63,903 nt of DNA, filler included, from Phoronis australis (GCA_002633005.1; 9 parts of 9 records of this genome joined end to end with filler, not necessarily neighbours in it), one strand, 5' to 3'. Positions 1 to 12,454 are shown, counted from the first letter of the whole stretch. A program made the numbers and translations. The notes: generated from the letters alone by a model not told the origin.

Positions 1-570
1 GAGTAAAGAAAGTGGGTAACTATCGCACCATGCCAAACTGCCTCCTCTGTCCGCCTCTTGGTATAATTTGCTTTTCGGAACCTGCACTGGAAAACGCTTA
101 CTAGACATGACTCATAGCAACTGGCTACATTTGCTACTAAGAATCAATTTGCTTATTATAGCTTTTAACAAGAAATAGTAGACCTATGAAACTATACATA
201 CAAAATTCTTGATGATCACACAATATTACAATTACACAAATATTGTGTCCAGATATTTGTTACGAGGAAAGGATCAGTCAAATTCCGCCGAGAAGTCCTA
301 CAAACTTCTCAGTCTAAATCTACCTGTCTCTGTCTGCTATTTGCTTGGTTCCTCCTTTCCACACGGGGGTCATTGTCCTGCACAATTTCACCATTACTTA
401 GTATTCTCACCATCACACTGTTTTCTATCTGCAAATTTGAACAAACATAAACTGTCATTACTAAACACAAACACGGTTGCAAGCAGTTACATCGACTTGG
501 TTAATATTTTTGAGGTATGTGAAGGTGGTGCTTGCTGGGCGTAGCTTCTAAAATCTCGGTGCAACTTACA

Positions 571-762
571 CCAAGGTGTGTCCAGACAGTTAAATGTACC
601 AGCCAAAGTGTGTGTCCAGACAGTTAATTGGACCAGCCAAAGTGTGTGTCCAGTCAATTGTACCAGCCAAAGTGTGTGTACAGACAGTCAATTGTACCAG
701 CCAAAGTGTGTGTCCAGACAGTTAATTGTACCAGCCAAAGTGTGTGTCCAGACAGTTAATTG
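571..762. repeat. Minisatellite, 34-bp unit (CCAAAGTGTGTGTCCAGACAGTTAATTGTACCAG), about 6 copies
   Basis: Unit starts at 603, 637, 667 (4-bp deletion), 701 and 735; explains the repetitive ORF 578..769. Confidence 0.95.
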
Positions 763-954
763 GAAATAAATAGAACGGTTTAGGCAAGACAGACGGTCAT
801 GATTGTGACGACTGATTGGCCGTTCTCGATTGGCCGCAGAGCAGACACAGCAGAGTCGAGATGGTGCGGTGGCCATCTAGCATGCCCTCCATTAGGCAAC
901 ACGTAGCCTTAGTACAAAGCTGTATGTATTTATTATGTGGGTAAAAATGTGGTA

Positions 955-1200
955 AGATAAAATCTGACACAAAATTAGTGTCATTAAAAACTGCAGTCTT
1001 CCTTGACGAGTAAACTAAATTATTTAATGGTGTTGGACTGTTGGAGGCGTTCTACTGCGTTCTAATCTATTCTGCTGCTAATGTTGTGGAGCAATCTTTA
1101 GCGCCAACTTTCGGGGCCATGAAATATTGCGTCACCTATTGGCCAGTTTCTTTTTTCGCCCATTCTTCAATCAACTGTTTTTTGTTCGCCACATTTCGTC
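955..1200 (+). repeat. Interspersed repeat fragment (related copies at about 2540-2755 and 27715-27775)
   Basis: Shared AAATCTGAC(A/G)CA.AA...GTGTCATTAAA...GAGTAAAC.AAATTATTTA..GGTGTTGGA and downstream CGTCACCT...TCAACTGTT. Confidence 0.75.
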
Positions 1201-1246
1201 AGCAATTACGAAACAATTGTCCATATTTTGATTTTATTGACGTTAA

Positions 1247-1839
1247 AGACAGCGTCCAGCGGCTAAAACACCTTTTTGACACCAGAAGTGTATGTATTGT
1301 TCATGAAAATTATTGTTTTTGCTTCTTACATACCACGGAAAGTAATTAATTGCGATGCAAATTACACCGCTCATAATTCGTAGCCGCTTCGAGTGCAACA
1401 GAAAAAATCTCAACCAATCAGCGTAAAGTGATTCATATGACATCATCGTAGCCACTAATTTACTTGGGAGCTACACTGCGTAACAGCTGAGTGCCATTTT
1501 TTGGACGTTCTTTACTTGTCGATCTCTGGGCTAAAATGCCTCTGCATGGTGTGCAGGTGTATCAATGTCAGCGGCAATGGGATACATTTGCACAACTTCC
1601 CCACCGATCACGTCGTGTGCCATGCGTGGAATAGATTCGTATCCACGACAAGGCCTGGCGACAAACTTTGCCGATCGGCAAGATCTGATTTAGGCTTGAT
1701 GCAAAGCTGTATACAAAATCTATAGCAGTAATTGTCTACAATACAACGACATTGACTTACACACATGATTTTGGTATCGTTTGATTCCTTGCAAAGTTAT
1801 CTTTCCAAAAATACACAGAAATTCTTCCTACCCTGTCTT
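1247..1839 (+). mobile_element. Non-autonomous Kolobok-like DNA transposon with a truncated THAP zinc-finger relic
   Basis: TTAA at 1243-1246 and 1840-1843; short imperfect TIRs AGACAGCGT / ACCCTGTCT; internal CMVCRCINVSGNGIHLHNFPTDHVVCHAWNRFVSTTR matches the THAP N-half (C-x-x-x-x-C...H.FP.D....W..FV...R). Confidence 0.7.
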
Positions 1840-2394
1840 TTAATATTTTATCGTGAAATTTGTACTCGAACTATTTCCCGGTACGCGGCAGTATTATCGC
1901 CATGTTGAATGGAAGGAGTTACCTGGCAGTCAAAAACTTAATCTACTGACTTCAAAAGATTGTCACTTTTTATAAGGTCAAATTGACCGAGACTCGTCTA
2001 TCCCCCGCCCGAGTTATGGTGCCAAGGGTTATAATTCGATCTTATAGTAACCCTGGTACGCGTATGTTAGAACAAAACCGCGAAAAAAGCGGAAGTTGTT
2101 TTTGAGATCTACATTAGAGAAACTGGTATCACTTCAGGCAATTTCGTGGAAAAATGGTCAAATGGTTACAATTATAAAAAAAATTGGAACAGGTGAAATG
2201 CTGCTACTTGTTCCTCCATATTATGTCAGGAAAACTAGGAGGAATCTCGCGCAGGCAAACACCATTCAGAATCGATGATGTCGTTTCATTCATTGACAGC
2301 AGGTGTCGCTTTAATCTTTAGTTGAGCTAACATGGCGGTGTCAACCGGGAAATAGTGCGAATCGAAATTTGACGATAAAGTACAGAGGAAAAGC

Positions 2395-2510
2395 AGTAGG
2401 GGATAAATTCATATATTTTTGGAAAGATAACGTTGCGAGGAATCAAACGATACCAAAATCATGTGTGTAGGTCAATGTCATCATATTGTAAACAATTACC
2501 TCTACAGCTT
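2395..2510 (-). mobile_element. Second, inverted copy of the right end of the Kolobok-like element
   Basis: TTTTGGAAAGATAAC.TTGC.AGGAATCAAACGATACCAAAATCATGTGTGTA.GTCAATGTC is the reverse complement of about 1722-1830. Confidence 0.8.
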
Positions 2511-4169
2511 CGCGTCGATGTGGCTAAAAAGGACTAAATAAAATCTGACGCAGAAATGGTGTCATTAAATGCTGCAACGCTCTTTGAGTAAACCAAATTA
2601 TTTACCGGTGTTGGAAGAATTATTGTTGTACTACTCATCTACTGCTAAAATTGAAGTGCGCTCTTGGGAGTCGGCGTTTAGCGATTACGTCACCTGACCT
2701 GAACAGTTTCTTTTCCCCCGGTTTATTCTTCTATCAACTGTTCTTCGCTGCCACGAGGTTGCGTACTGTCAAAACAAATTGATGTCGGAACTGGTCTCAT
2801 TTCGTTACAAGTTATCAGCATTTTTAAGACCAACAAACCGAATTTAGAACAAACTTTACTGCTGCGAAGCTCTTATCATGTCCCAAAAATAGTCGCAAAA
2901 TTTTAGTAGGCCTATGGCACATGCGTGTGTCACGAGCATACTGTTTTCAAAACGACAACAGACTTTCTTTGTTACAAAACTCAGAAGGTGTAGAGTAATG
3001 CTAGAAAATGACGTTTATTAGATTGTTCTTCCCTTAAACGACTGGCACTGAATGGGCAAGGTGAGTGTCTGAATTGTCTCCCAGATTTTGCATGCATCCC
3101 AGCCGTCTGTCGTTGCCTCTGCGATATAAGTTTCACGACGAGTTGACTAAAACAACTCATACCTTGTATGTATGAAATTTTGTGATTGACTACCGTCTAT
3201 AGTCTATGGATTAACAGAGCTCAAGTCACATTGTTACCTAGCTGTATTTTGGCGATAGTCTTCAAACAGCTAGCTGGTTGGCTACAAAAAATCTGCAGTG
3301 TGCACTTCGACATTTCGTGTCACTGTTCCGGCCCAGAGTATAGGGAATCCGGCCCAAATCCGGAATATTCTGTCTGATTTGGGTCGTTCCCGTAGGCCTA
3401 ATGGAATTCTGATACTCAATTTAAAACGTTCAATTGATTACAAATTCGTATGACTGGGTATGTTTTCATGCAATACAGACTTTTTGTTTCGTAGTTTTAA
3501 TTTATTACAGACACGCACAATGTTGTGTTGCTATTAAATTTTCAATTTTTTTTAGCTTGACCGAGTCAAAATGATGGCGATTACGGTTTGCAGCATTTCA
3601 AGGCGACTTATTTTGAAAATTGAGTTTCTAATATAAAATTTTCAATGAATTTGAATATAATTGCATTGTACCAAAAGATCAAGCTGATATATGCTGTAAC
3701 GTTTCCAAGTATTTTGCACCTAATTAAACGGCCTATTGTAGTCTATACCAATACGGGACACACACTCGACAGCCGTCCGTATTGTTATCCGGCAGAGTTC
3801 ACACCTTCGGCGTCAAAAAGACATGAATGGAAAGTTCCTAACATCAAAGTTTTTATCAAACAAATTACACTTTATAATAAACATTGTGAAATTGATGATA
3901 ACAATTCAGACGAAGCGTTTTTTATTTCCGGCTGTTTCGACTGCCCCAGTCACACTCCTGGGGATTCCCATACGGGCCCCGTATTAGAATGTGTGCTAAA
4001 TAATTGAATAATAATTCTAAATGAAGTGATTTTTATTAATTTTAATATTGACAGGAAATGAAAAATTAATGTGTTCCCTTGATTTTCCACGTATTTTGCA
4101 CTAAATTAAATGGCCAGTCATCTCCGATTCCAATACTCTAGAGACACGTGAAAGCCAAATTCGTTGTAA

Positions 4170-4374
4170 CCATGATGTCATAGACTTCGATTAGTGCAAG
4201 CGCCGTCTCAATTTTTTTTGGCGCTAAATGCGGTTCGTGATGGGGCTACTGTATTGTCGAAGGCCTACTTAATTAACGTCTGGGGTATGCTATGACACAG
4301 TATTTTGATGTTTTTCATCAATAAATGTATTTTAGATGTAAAAATAGTCATTGGCACCATACTAGGCCTTTAAG
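4170..4374 (+). mobile_element. Transposon end ending in CCTTTAA (Kolobok-like); related to 58838-59044
   Basis: Shared ATGA.GTCAT...CGATTAG...AGCGCC...TTTTTT.GGCGCTAAATG.GGTTC.TGATGGGG...GTCATT(T)GGC...(C/T)CTTTAA. Confidence 0.6.
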
Positions 4375-5182
4375 GCACGTTGTCGATTATTTCCGGGTTC
4401 GCGGTAAGTTCAGAATGGCGGTGTTGTAGACATCTTACGGTAATACTATGTGATATCTATGGTCCGAATCGTGAGTGGCGCGTTTATTTAAACTTTATTC
4501 GGTTACGGATTGTGTATTACTTATGGGGCAGGTACTTCCTGAATCCTTATAACATCCTCTAATCATGTAATAAGGGTTAACAGCGTGTTCTTCTTGGACT
4601 TAAAACGGGCGGTAGGCCAAATCCGGCCACCGATTATGAGTTTTCACCTTGTCAAAAATACACTATATTTAAAACTATCACTTAAAAATGAGCTTACTTT
4701 CTTCAGTGGTCCTTTCTTACACATGTCTTCAATGAAGCATATCTACTAGAATTAAGGTGACTTTGGAGAAGAATTCCAACTCCACTGCGGCATCCAGGGC
4801 GATGTAGCCTAATTCCCTAGCCCTCCATACGCACGAAGCTTTTCCGTTTTCGTCGAATTATGCCTCACACTGATAAAACCATCAATATTACGGAATGTTG
4901 CTATAAGGACCATTTTGCACTCAAAGACACACCTAGAAAGCCGATGTCTTTATTTACTCTGCCTAGCTAGCCTGGCCCTTGCCTTGGATTTGGAGAATTG
5001 GAGGCTTGGTGCATAGTTGTATAGGCCTTCTAATATATTTTGACGATAGTCAGTCAACTAACAGGTTGGCTAAACTCTTCTTAGCTTGAACAAGTACTCC
5101 CGCACTCAAACTTTTTTTGAGCAGTCCTTCATTCAGTTGCCCAAATTGGCAACTGGCCATTTTTGCATTACTCGTGCCAGGG

Positions 5183-5198
5183 GATATGACGTCATATC
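5183..5198. promoter_or_regulatory. Perfect 16-bp palindrome GATATGACGTCATATC containing a full CRE (TGACGTCA) upstream of the GCNT gene
   Basis: Lies about 170 bp upstream of the GCNT ATG; a YY1-like AAAATGGC follows at about 5218. Confidence 0.5.
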
Positions 5199-5362
5199 AC
5201 TTGGCGCAAGTAGTGTAAAAATGGCTCGTCGTGCATTACAATATGAGCGGGGATGTGGCTTGAGCCTGCTGGTAGTAATTTATAGATTTGTGACCCAGGA
5301 TTATAATCTGTTTCTTTTTCAGATTTCCATGGAAAGGCATTTCGAAATGTCTCTTTCGGCAC

Positions 5363-6323
5363 ATGGTAGTCAACAAACGAACATTGTTTCGCTTGATTTT
5401 AGTGGTGATTACTGCCGCCATAGTTTCACTATGTGCTGTCTACTCCAAGCCAAAATCTTTGGAACCGCAGCTGAAGGAGCTGTGGGTAAACTGTGCAAAA
5501 CTCATAGCAAACGATTCTCATGAAATCAGAAGTACGAATCGGACAAAATTTGAAAGTGGGAACAGTCCTCTAACAATTTCGAACTGTGACTACTGGCTGC
5601 TCTCACGACAATATCCTATGAAGCCAACATCAAGAAAGGAAGAGAGCTTCCCAATAGCTTACAGCATTCTGTTATACAATCACGTGGAACAATTTGAAAG
5701 ACTTCTTCGTGCCATATATGCTCCCCAGAACATGTATTGTTTACATGTTGATCGAAAAGCTGATAGTAAGGTTCATCATTCGGTTCAGGCTATAGCAAGC
5801 TGTTTTGCAAATGTTTTTGTTGCATCAAAATTAGAAAGAATAGTCTATGCAAGTTTTAGCAGACTCCAGGCTGATCTTAATTGCTTCAATGATCTACTCG
5901 AACGGGACTCTAAGTGGCATTATTTGATAAACTTGTCTGGAGAAATGTTTCCATTGAAAACTAATAGGGAGATAGTGGAAATTTTACAAATTTATAATGG
6001 TTCGAACGACATTTTGGGGTTTTATGATCAACGGGCACAGAAACAAAACTTCAAATGGAAACAACGCTATGAAGAAACACGATCCCTTAAATGGACAGTT
6101 GCAAGTCCGAATTATACCAAGCCACCGCACAACATTACCGTGATAAAAGGAAGTGCATATAATGTCTTCTCGAGGTCATTTCTAGAGTTTGTAATGACTG
6201 ACCCTATTGTGCAAGAATTTCTTGAGTGGACCAAGCCAACATATAGTCCTGACGAAATATTCTGGGCATCTTTACAATTCACAACAGTTAATCCTGTATT
6301 CAAATCACCTGGAGGTTTTGCAG
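5363..6323 (+). CDS. GCNT: Beta-1,6-N-acetylglucosaminyltransferase (core-2/I-branching, GT14), coding exon 1
   Basis: Type II signal anchor (LILVVITAAIVSLCAVY); motifs PIAYSIL..H....ERLLRAIYAPQNMYCLHVDRKA, SRLQADLNC, WHYLINLSG..FPLKTNREIV, KGSAY, YSPDEIFW; donor GCAG|GTACGT at 6323/6324, phase 1. The ORF tail beyond 6323 is intron read-through. Confidence 0.95.
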
Positions 6324-7477
6324 GTACGTGTCTTCAGAACTTTATATCATATGCTGTCTGTCATTTCAATATTTCAAGTATCCTTTGCATAGAAATGAAA
6401 TTCACTGCTATTAAAGTATTTGCCACTGCTTCCTTTGATGCCCCATGTATACATATGTGGTGCATACTGCCATCATGTTGGCCTTTATGTGTTTGATTCA
6501 CTAGGACTAGGTCCATTCTTCATGACGTTTACTGGAAATTCATGACAATTTATCTGTAACAATGACGATGCAGATTGCTTCCAGGAATTAGCGCGACTGT
6601 CAGTTTTGCATCTACTATGCAACATTTTGGTAACTTGGTAAACTGAGCATTTTTAATTTAGCAAGATATAAGCGAACCTTAAAATTTCTCTGCGGAGAAA
6701 ATTCAGTTCTAGTAAATGTCTTATCAAATTAGTCCTGAACCCGATTTTCCTCAAGACCGATGTTTTGCACGTGACTTCGTGATGTGCATCATGTATATGA
6801 GCCCAAAAAAGTATTGGCTTTTGACTTTCAGTGAAAAATCAGTCAACAGATGGATTTGGTCTTTTTTACATATTAAGTCAGGCTAAGGCTGAAAGTCAGA
6901 AAAAATCTGTGTACAGCTCAAAGTCAAAAGACAGCTATCCAGAGGCTGCTTATAGACAAAATACAAAATGTATGGAGAAATGCAACAAACAAAAACCAAC
7001 TTTTGGCTATTCGTAGTCAGAGTTCTGACTTTGGCTGAATTCAAAAGAAAAAACCCACCAGAGTCTTTGAGGTTCATAGTATTCTGTGCTCTGTAGGTGT
7101 TATTTTTATGATACTATTAAAGACTGTTGTTAGTACATCTCAACTCTTTGCTATGCCCTTTTTGCATTTGCATAAAAACTGACAGTTCATAATTGTTGGA
7201 CACCATATTCAGCGAATAAAATAACGTGCTGCGACAAGCCAACTTGTAGAGCCTGCTCTCATGCAAAGAACAAATTGTCAGTTATTTCAAAGCATTGGAA
7301 TCGCTTCCAATTTGCTCACAAGTGGTGTATACTGAAAGTTAATTTGTGTGATGCATAATGGGATTATAGCCATTTTAAGAGTACACTAGTACAAGAATTG
7401 GGATTTCCACGATGATTTTGGAAGCATGAAGAGAATGCTTGTACTAATATTTCATTGTGATTTGTTATCTAATCCAG

Positions 7478-7761
7478 GAGATCCCCATACAGTGCCTTGG
7501 CATGCCGCTCACGTCAAATGGCTGGACGATCCAGACTGCGGAGAAAAAATTTTGAGAGATATTTGCATACCTGACTTTCGCAATTTGCCAGGGCTTGTGC
7601 ATCGGAAGGAATTTTTCGTCAACAAGCTGTTGATCTACACCTATGATTACACGGTTTTAGTATGTTTAGATGAGCATCTCCGGAACAGGACAAAAAATAT
7701 GGCACCCTTCGACACCAGCTATTATCAAGCATTACCAATTGCTAGAAAATTCGTCCATTAA
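7478..7761 (+). CDS. GCNT: GCNT-family coding exon 2 (C-terminus); joined protein 414 aa
   Basis: Acceptor AATCCAG|GA is phase-compatible; VKW....C....LRDICI....L......FFVNKL...YD.....CLDE.L.NRT matches the GT14 C-terminus; stop TAA ends at 7761. Confidence 0.92.
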
Positions 7762-7897
7762 ACATTAAAAATGTATTTTGTACTATGTTTGCTATTTACT
7801 CCTAATGCTGCGATTTAAGGAGTCTTTAGTTATAAGTTCTTTTCCATCTGCTTAGCTGTTTGAAAATCAAAAATGAAGATAGAACACTTACTGCTAC

Positions 7898-8155
7898 CAT
7901 TGACTATAGTATATGGACCGCCAACTGCGTATATTTTCAGTAGACGAAATCTGCGATCTTACGCATAAGCCGTGACGTAACTATTCACTAGCGACACCTG
8001 GCAGACATAATACGTTTTACTTCCGGCAAATTCGTTGCTTGCTAATCATGGTTGGCTGTTGTGTGGTCGGATGCTAAAAGTACTCAGGATTCCAAGAGTT
8101 CTACTATTGGAAGATTCTAAACAGCGTTTTGCCACAAAGAATCAATAGAGCACTC
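7898..8155 (+). mobile_element. Degenerate THAP-domain start in a probable DNA transposon left end
   Basis: ATG at 8048 gives MVGCCVVGC* then ...FY.W......RINR; terminus-like CATTGACTATAGTA at 7898, whose approximate reverse complement CTATAGTCTATG occurs at about 3197-3208. Confidence 0.45.
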
Positions 8156-9497
8156 CAGATTTAAAAAAAAAAAAAACATTGCCAAATTCCTTTAGCATTT
8201 CATTTCAATCGTAGGTTTTCTCTCAGTTCCAACTGAATGTTTAAGCTAATACTGTCTAAGTAAAGAAATGCCCAAAGCCTGTTTGATAGACTTAATTGTT
8301 TAGCATATATATTGGTTTCACCCTGAAGCAGTGAGTAGAACTGCAGCTTTATGTAATGATTAGTATTGTTATTGAAATGATATTAATGTTGTTAAGAGGA
8401 TATCTATCACTGTGAGATTAAACTCTGGTTTCACAACCTAGTCCAAGTGAAATGTAGTACTTAAAACAGTTTTTTAAAAACCAATGTGCAATTTATATCA
8501 TGTTGCAAACTGGCGCTGATGGTTTGGCGCTGATGGTTTTGCTAAAAAGTATGAAGAACAGTCATTTTATTGTTGGATAAAAATTACCTTGCAAAAAAGG
8601 GACATTGAGAGTTGTTGTTAATGTTAATTATTGTGTTGCTTGTTGATAGAAAAAATACAAGATGTCTTAACATACAGATAAATCGTGTCACTAGTAATTA
8701 ATTTGGCAACAGGAACGTTTTGTACCACATTTACAAATTTGAACAGAGGGGACCATTGCAAGTCAAAATACAGACAAAGGATGAAGAATATTATTGATGA
8801 AGAATATTATTGTCACCGACTACTTACCTGTATTTCATTTGGAAACACAGTCATTTGAAAGTCGCTGACACAAGTCCTAGACACAGATCACAGATTTATG
8901 TCATAGACACAATAAACATCCCCAACAAGAAGGTAGGCAGGAATGGATACCATGAGAGATTCTTTGTAAGATGACCAAAAAGTTCATGCGAAAATGTAGT
9001 CGGGATCTGAGGCTTTCTCATGCACCAATGCCAAGAATATTTATAAAAGTGTTGACTTGAACCTGCCATAATGGTAAAAAGTAAAAAATCACATTCTACA
9101 GTCTTTCTACTATCAGAAAGTGTGTGGTTTTACTGAATTAAACCTGTAGTTTTATAATCTATGGTCCATATGTGCCTAATAGTTGTTGGTAAAGTCATAC
9201 ATAAATGATTTCTGTATTTCTTGTCCATTTGTGTCATACATTCATTTAAGGTTATGTAGGACCTTCTTGACAAGTCTGTCCGTTTTATCATTTGTCTGCA
9301 AAACTAGATTTCAACTTGGCAAAAGTACATGTTTTGTGAAAGTTCCTTGATGTCCGTGAAATTTGACAAATAATCGTCACAGAGACGACAGCACCTGTCG
9401 GTCCCGTTTCAGACAGATTTGATCTATGTTGCGCCCACCTTTAGTGCAGAACGTTGCTATCGCGCAGGATGGTTTCTCCCAGACACCTAACTGTAGC

Positions 9498-9649
9498 CAG
9501 TGGCGGATTTAGATGGGGGCCATGGGCCCCCCCTAAAATTCTGCATTCTCCATTTGGCAGTTCGGGGGTGCGAATGTCTGACTGGCCAAATCCTGGCTAA
9601 TACTCTGCCCTGCCCCCCCCCCTAACTCAAAATCCTGGATCCGCCCCTG
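9498..9649 (+). mobile_element. GC-rich MITE (CAGTGGCGGATTT...GGATCCGCCCCTG) with 5-bp TSD GTAGC
   Basis: TIRs of about 12 bp; GTAGC at 9493-9497 and 9650-9654. Relatives at about 9931, 10880-10919, 11609, 18769-18807, 19781, 21131, 21392, 54445 and 57239. Confidence 0.85.
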
Positions 9650-11641
9650 GTAGCCTACATCTTTGCAGTAGCATAGTCAGATCGGAAAAGTGGCCATACA
9701 CATTTTTCATGTGTGCACCTTCCAATGGCCACAGAAATGACATATTTTTAGATATTTTCATTTTTAGCATGGCGTACTGCCAGTCGTTATATTCGTGAGA
9801 ATCTAGCGATATCCACGATTCTGTAAACATTTAAATCAGACGGTCATTACTTTCGGACACCCCGTGTATTCTTATTCCCTAGGCCACAGGCAATATCTGA
9901 TTGTGTGAGGACATTTTTCCTGACCGTCAGCAGTAGCGGATCTAGGATATCATAAGGGGGGGGGGGGCAACATTTTGTCTGTAAACATTTGCTCAAAGCC
10001 CGATTGTTTTGCGCATAGCACCGAATGGGGGGAACTCCCCCCCCCCCTTCCGCCCAGATTTTCTTTTTGTTTTTTCCTCTAAAAATCAAGCATTTTCCTT
10101 GATTCCGAAGTATTATCGAAGAAAAAAGGCAAAGAAACGGCGAAAGTGTCACACAGGAAAACTACAAATACCACAGACTCGACCTCACGACCTGGCGGAT
10201 AGAGCGCGTACGCTAGTTACCACTGCACCTCCACGATTTACCTCCTAATTTGATACTAGGAGACCTAGGCCTAGGCCTAATTGTTTATAGTCCACAGCGT
10301 TTGCGCGCGAAACCTCCTTCTTTTTGTTATGCTCATTACATGTTTTATATTTTGTGATATCAGTTCGTAACAAATTTGTTGTATTTAAAATAGTCTTCAA
10401 TTGCCTAAAAGACCAAATCCGTTTTTTGTGTTGGCCGGGCATTAATGACGCGTTTGCTTTGGAAATCGGTTTGACAAAGAGAGAATTACGGGTTTCTGAG
10501 TGATTCACTAAGACTTCGATTAAAATTTACATCTTTCCAGCAGCTTCTGTTTTTTCATCATCACTCACATTCCATTTTCTTTAAAAATGAAGTATTTTTC
10601 TTCATTGCACAGTGGAGCAGACGGCGAAACGGAGTCGTAGTGACCAGCGCCACTGCCTGTGGCCTGGGATATCGCGGGAAAGCCTATATTTAGCCATAGT
10701 TCCGTTACGATTGCGCCATGTTCCGAATTTGACACTTGAAATTGGATCTGCCCCCCCCCCCAAACACTAAACCTGCACACATTTAAATCTTGTTTCAGCC
10801 CTATAATTTTAATTACCGGGGTTAATTAATAAACTCAACATTTTCCGACGCTCTTGCTGTTTTATTTTTTTTTTGCGGCAGCCAAGGGGGGCTCCTTGCC
10901 CCCCCCAAATCCGCCTATGGTCAGTTGTACTGTAGAGATGTTGCCAGCTCTCCATTACAATCTTAAGAGCACTGCAAACCAACTACATGGCGCCAACCAC
11001 GTTAGCTGTTTCAATTCGTTGAATTCCATCTATGAAGCTCACTTTACCTAAAACAAGTAGACTTGAAACCATAGCATACCGTTTTGCATAACAGTTTCAA
11101 AAATTTTCCCATACCGGTAACAAATGAACGATACATGTAGAAAGCATTTTGGTGTCCTATGAGCAGCTAGCGTCTGTGCGTTATATTTGCACTTGTGGAG
11201 ACTTTGCAACGGCAACTGTGATGGGAGGGGTCTCTATTTCATTCCCCATATGGATGTTCCCCGGGTCCCTAGTCGTTAATTGCATTTGAACTTAGAGCGT
11301 TTAAAGGGCGGTATTTTGGCGTGCCTCAGTTGCATGAGTCTATAGGCATGCGCATCGAAACCGCCCGCCTAAGGACAATTTCGTTATTCCGGTCCCACTG
11401 GTGTTTTAGGCCAGTCGGTTTTGAAAGGTCCAATTTTCATTACGGCGATTTCCCGTTGCTCCCAACTTGTTCGATTCTATACAGCCCAACAACAAGTTGG
11501 GAAGAACACCCATGTAGCCAATTTCTTACTTGACTGATTAACTCCATTCTGACGTTTGTGGTTGGAGGGCCAGCTCTCTTTTGTTCGATAATTGCTCTAA
11601 TCCCCAGCCATAGGCGGATTTAGGGGGGGGCCCAGGGGGCC

Positions 11642-11741
11642 NNNNNNNNNNNNNNNNNNNNNNNNNNNNNNNNNNNNNNNNNNNNTTAATTAATTAANNN
11701 NNNNNNNNNNNNNNNNNNNNNNNNNNNNNNNNNNNNNNNNN
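11642..11741. other. Assembly gap with artificial TTAATTAATTAA spacer
   Basis: Identical 100-nt N-spacer-N design at 11642, 21573, 29284, 48432, 51686, 54510, 57381 and 61786; plain N runs at 34037-34087 and 58460-58737. Confidence 0.98.
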
Positions 11742-12114
11742 GCAAATTTTCGTCTGACGATGACGATGACTGGGTATCACTTTGTGTTGCCTCGGCTCAA
11801 ACAGGTATCCCTGGTGACCCGACATTTCACACTAAAATTTCTTATTCCGACAATATGAAGAACGCTACTTGATTGCACGCTAACACAGGACAGTGACTTT
11901 GCCCCCGTCAAATACGTCACGAGACTAAGCAGCGCTCCAAGCCGGTAATTTTTTTAGCTTCTTTAGAGAATATAAATTTAATTTTTGGTGTTGAATTATT
12001 TGTGAAATTAATCAACAATTCATAGAAAACTATCCAGAATTTATTCAGAATAAATTACAGTTCCCTTTTAAGACACGTTCATAGATGGACTGTATTTGAG
12101 TTATTATGTTTCAG

Positions 12115-12218
12115 AAACGGGTTCCGTAAACATATGGATTCAAGGCGACAACGTATTCGGCGGTGTTGTCACTGGCACTGCGACGAGTGTAAAAGAAACT
12201 ATGATAAAATCGTCTGTC
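12115..12218 (+). CDS. LamG-like (Laminin_G_3/concanavalin-A fold) protein, internal exon; 5' part of the gene missing
   Basis: TTTCAG| acceptor (alternative in-frame acceptor at 12084/12085) and GTC|GTAAGT donor, phase 0; beta-rich GSVNIWIQGDNVFGGVVT joins the next exon in frame. Confidence 0.65.
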
Positions 12219-12454
12219 GTAAGTTTGCGTGGTGTTGCAATCAAACCATTTGTCTGTTCCCAGATAATTGAAATTAAAATAACCTTAAATCCTAAACCAA
12301 TGCTAAGAAAAGACCAATGGGTTTATTTGTGAAAATTACTAAAGTTACATGTAAGTTGATGACAAATAGTCGCCAGGTTCATAAATTTACAATCATTTGA
12401 AGTGGTTTGCTGAAAGTAAGACTACATTAATTTAATTGTATAAACATGAACCTG

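Noticed and set aside
571-762. CRISPR-like appearance of the 34-bp and 62-bp repeats
   Set aside because: Head-to-tail units without unique spacers, no cas genes, eukaryotic context.
5086-5523. 145-aa ORF as an independent gene
   Set aside because: TTG start, spans a promoter/intron region, no recognisable domain; only the uORF part is retained as a finding.
6324-6496. C-terminal extension of the 377-aa ORF
   Set aside because: Intron read-through; GT14 homology resumes at 7478.
7898-9163. Complete element bounded by CATTGACTATA and TATAATCTATG
   Set aside because: The TIR match is weak and the flanks show no target duplication.
11686-11697. Recurrent TTAATTAATTAA motif
   Set aside because: Always centred in 100-nt N blocks; an artificial six-frame-stop linker.
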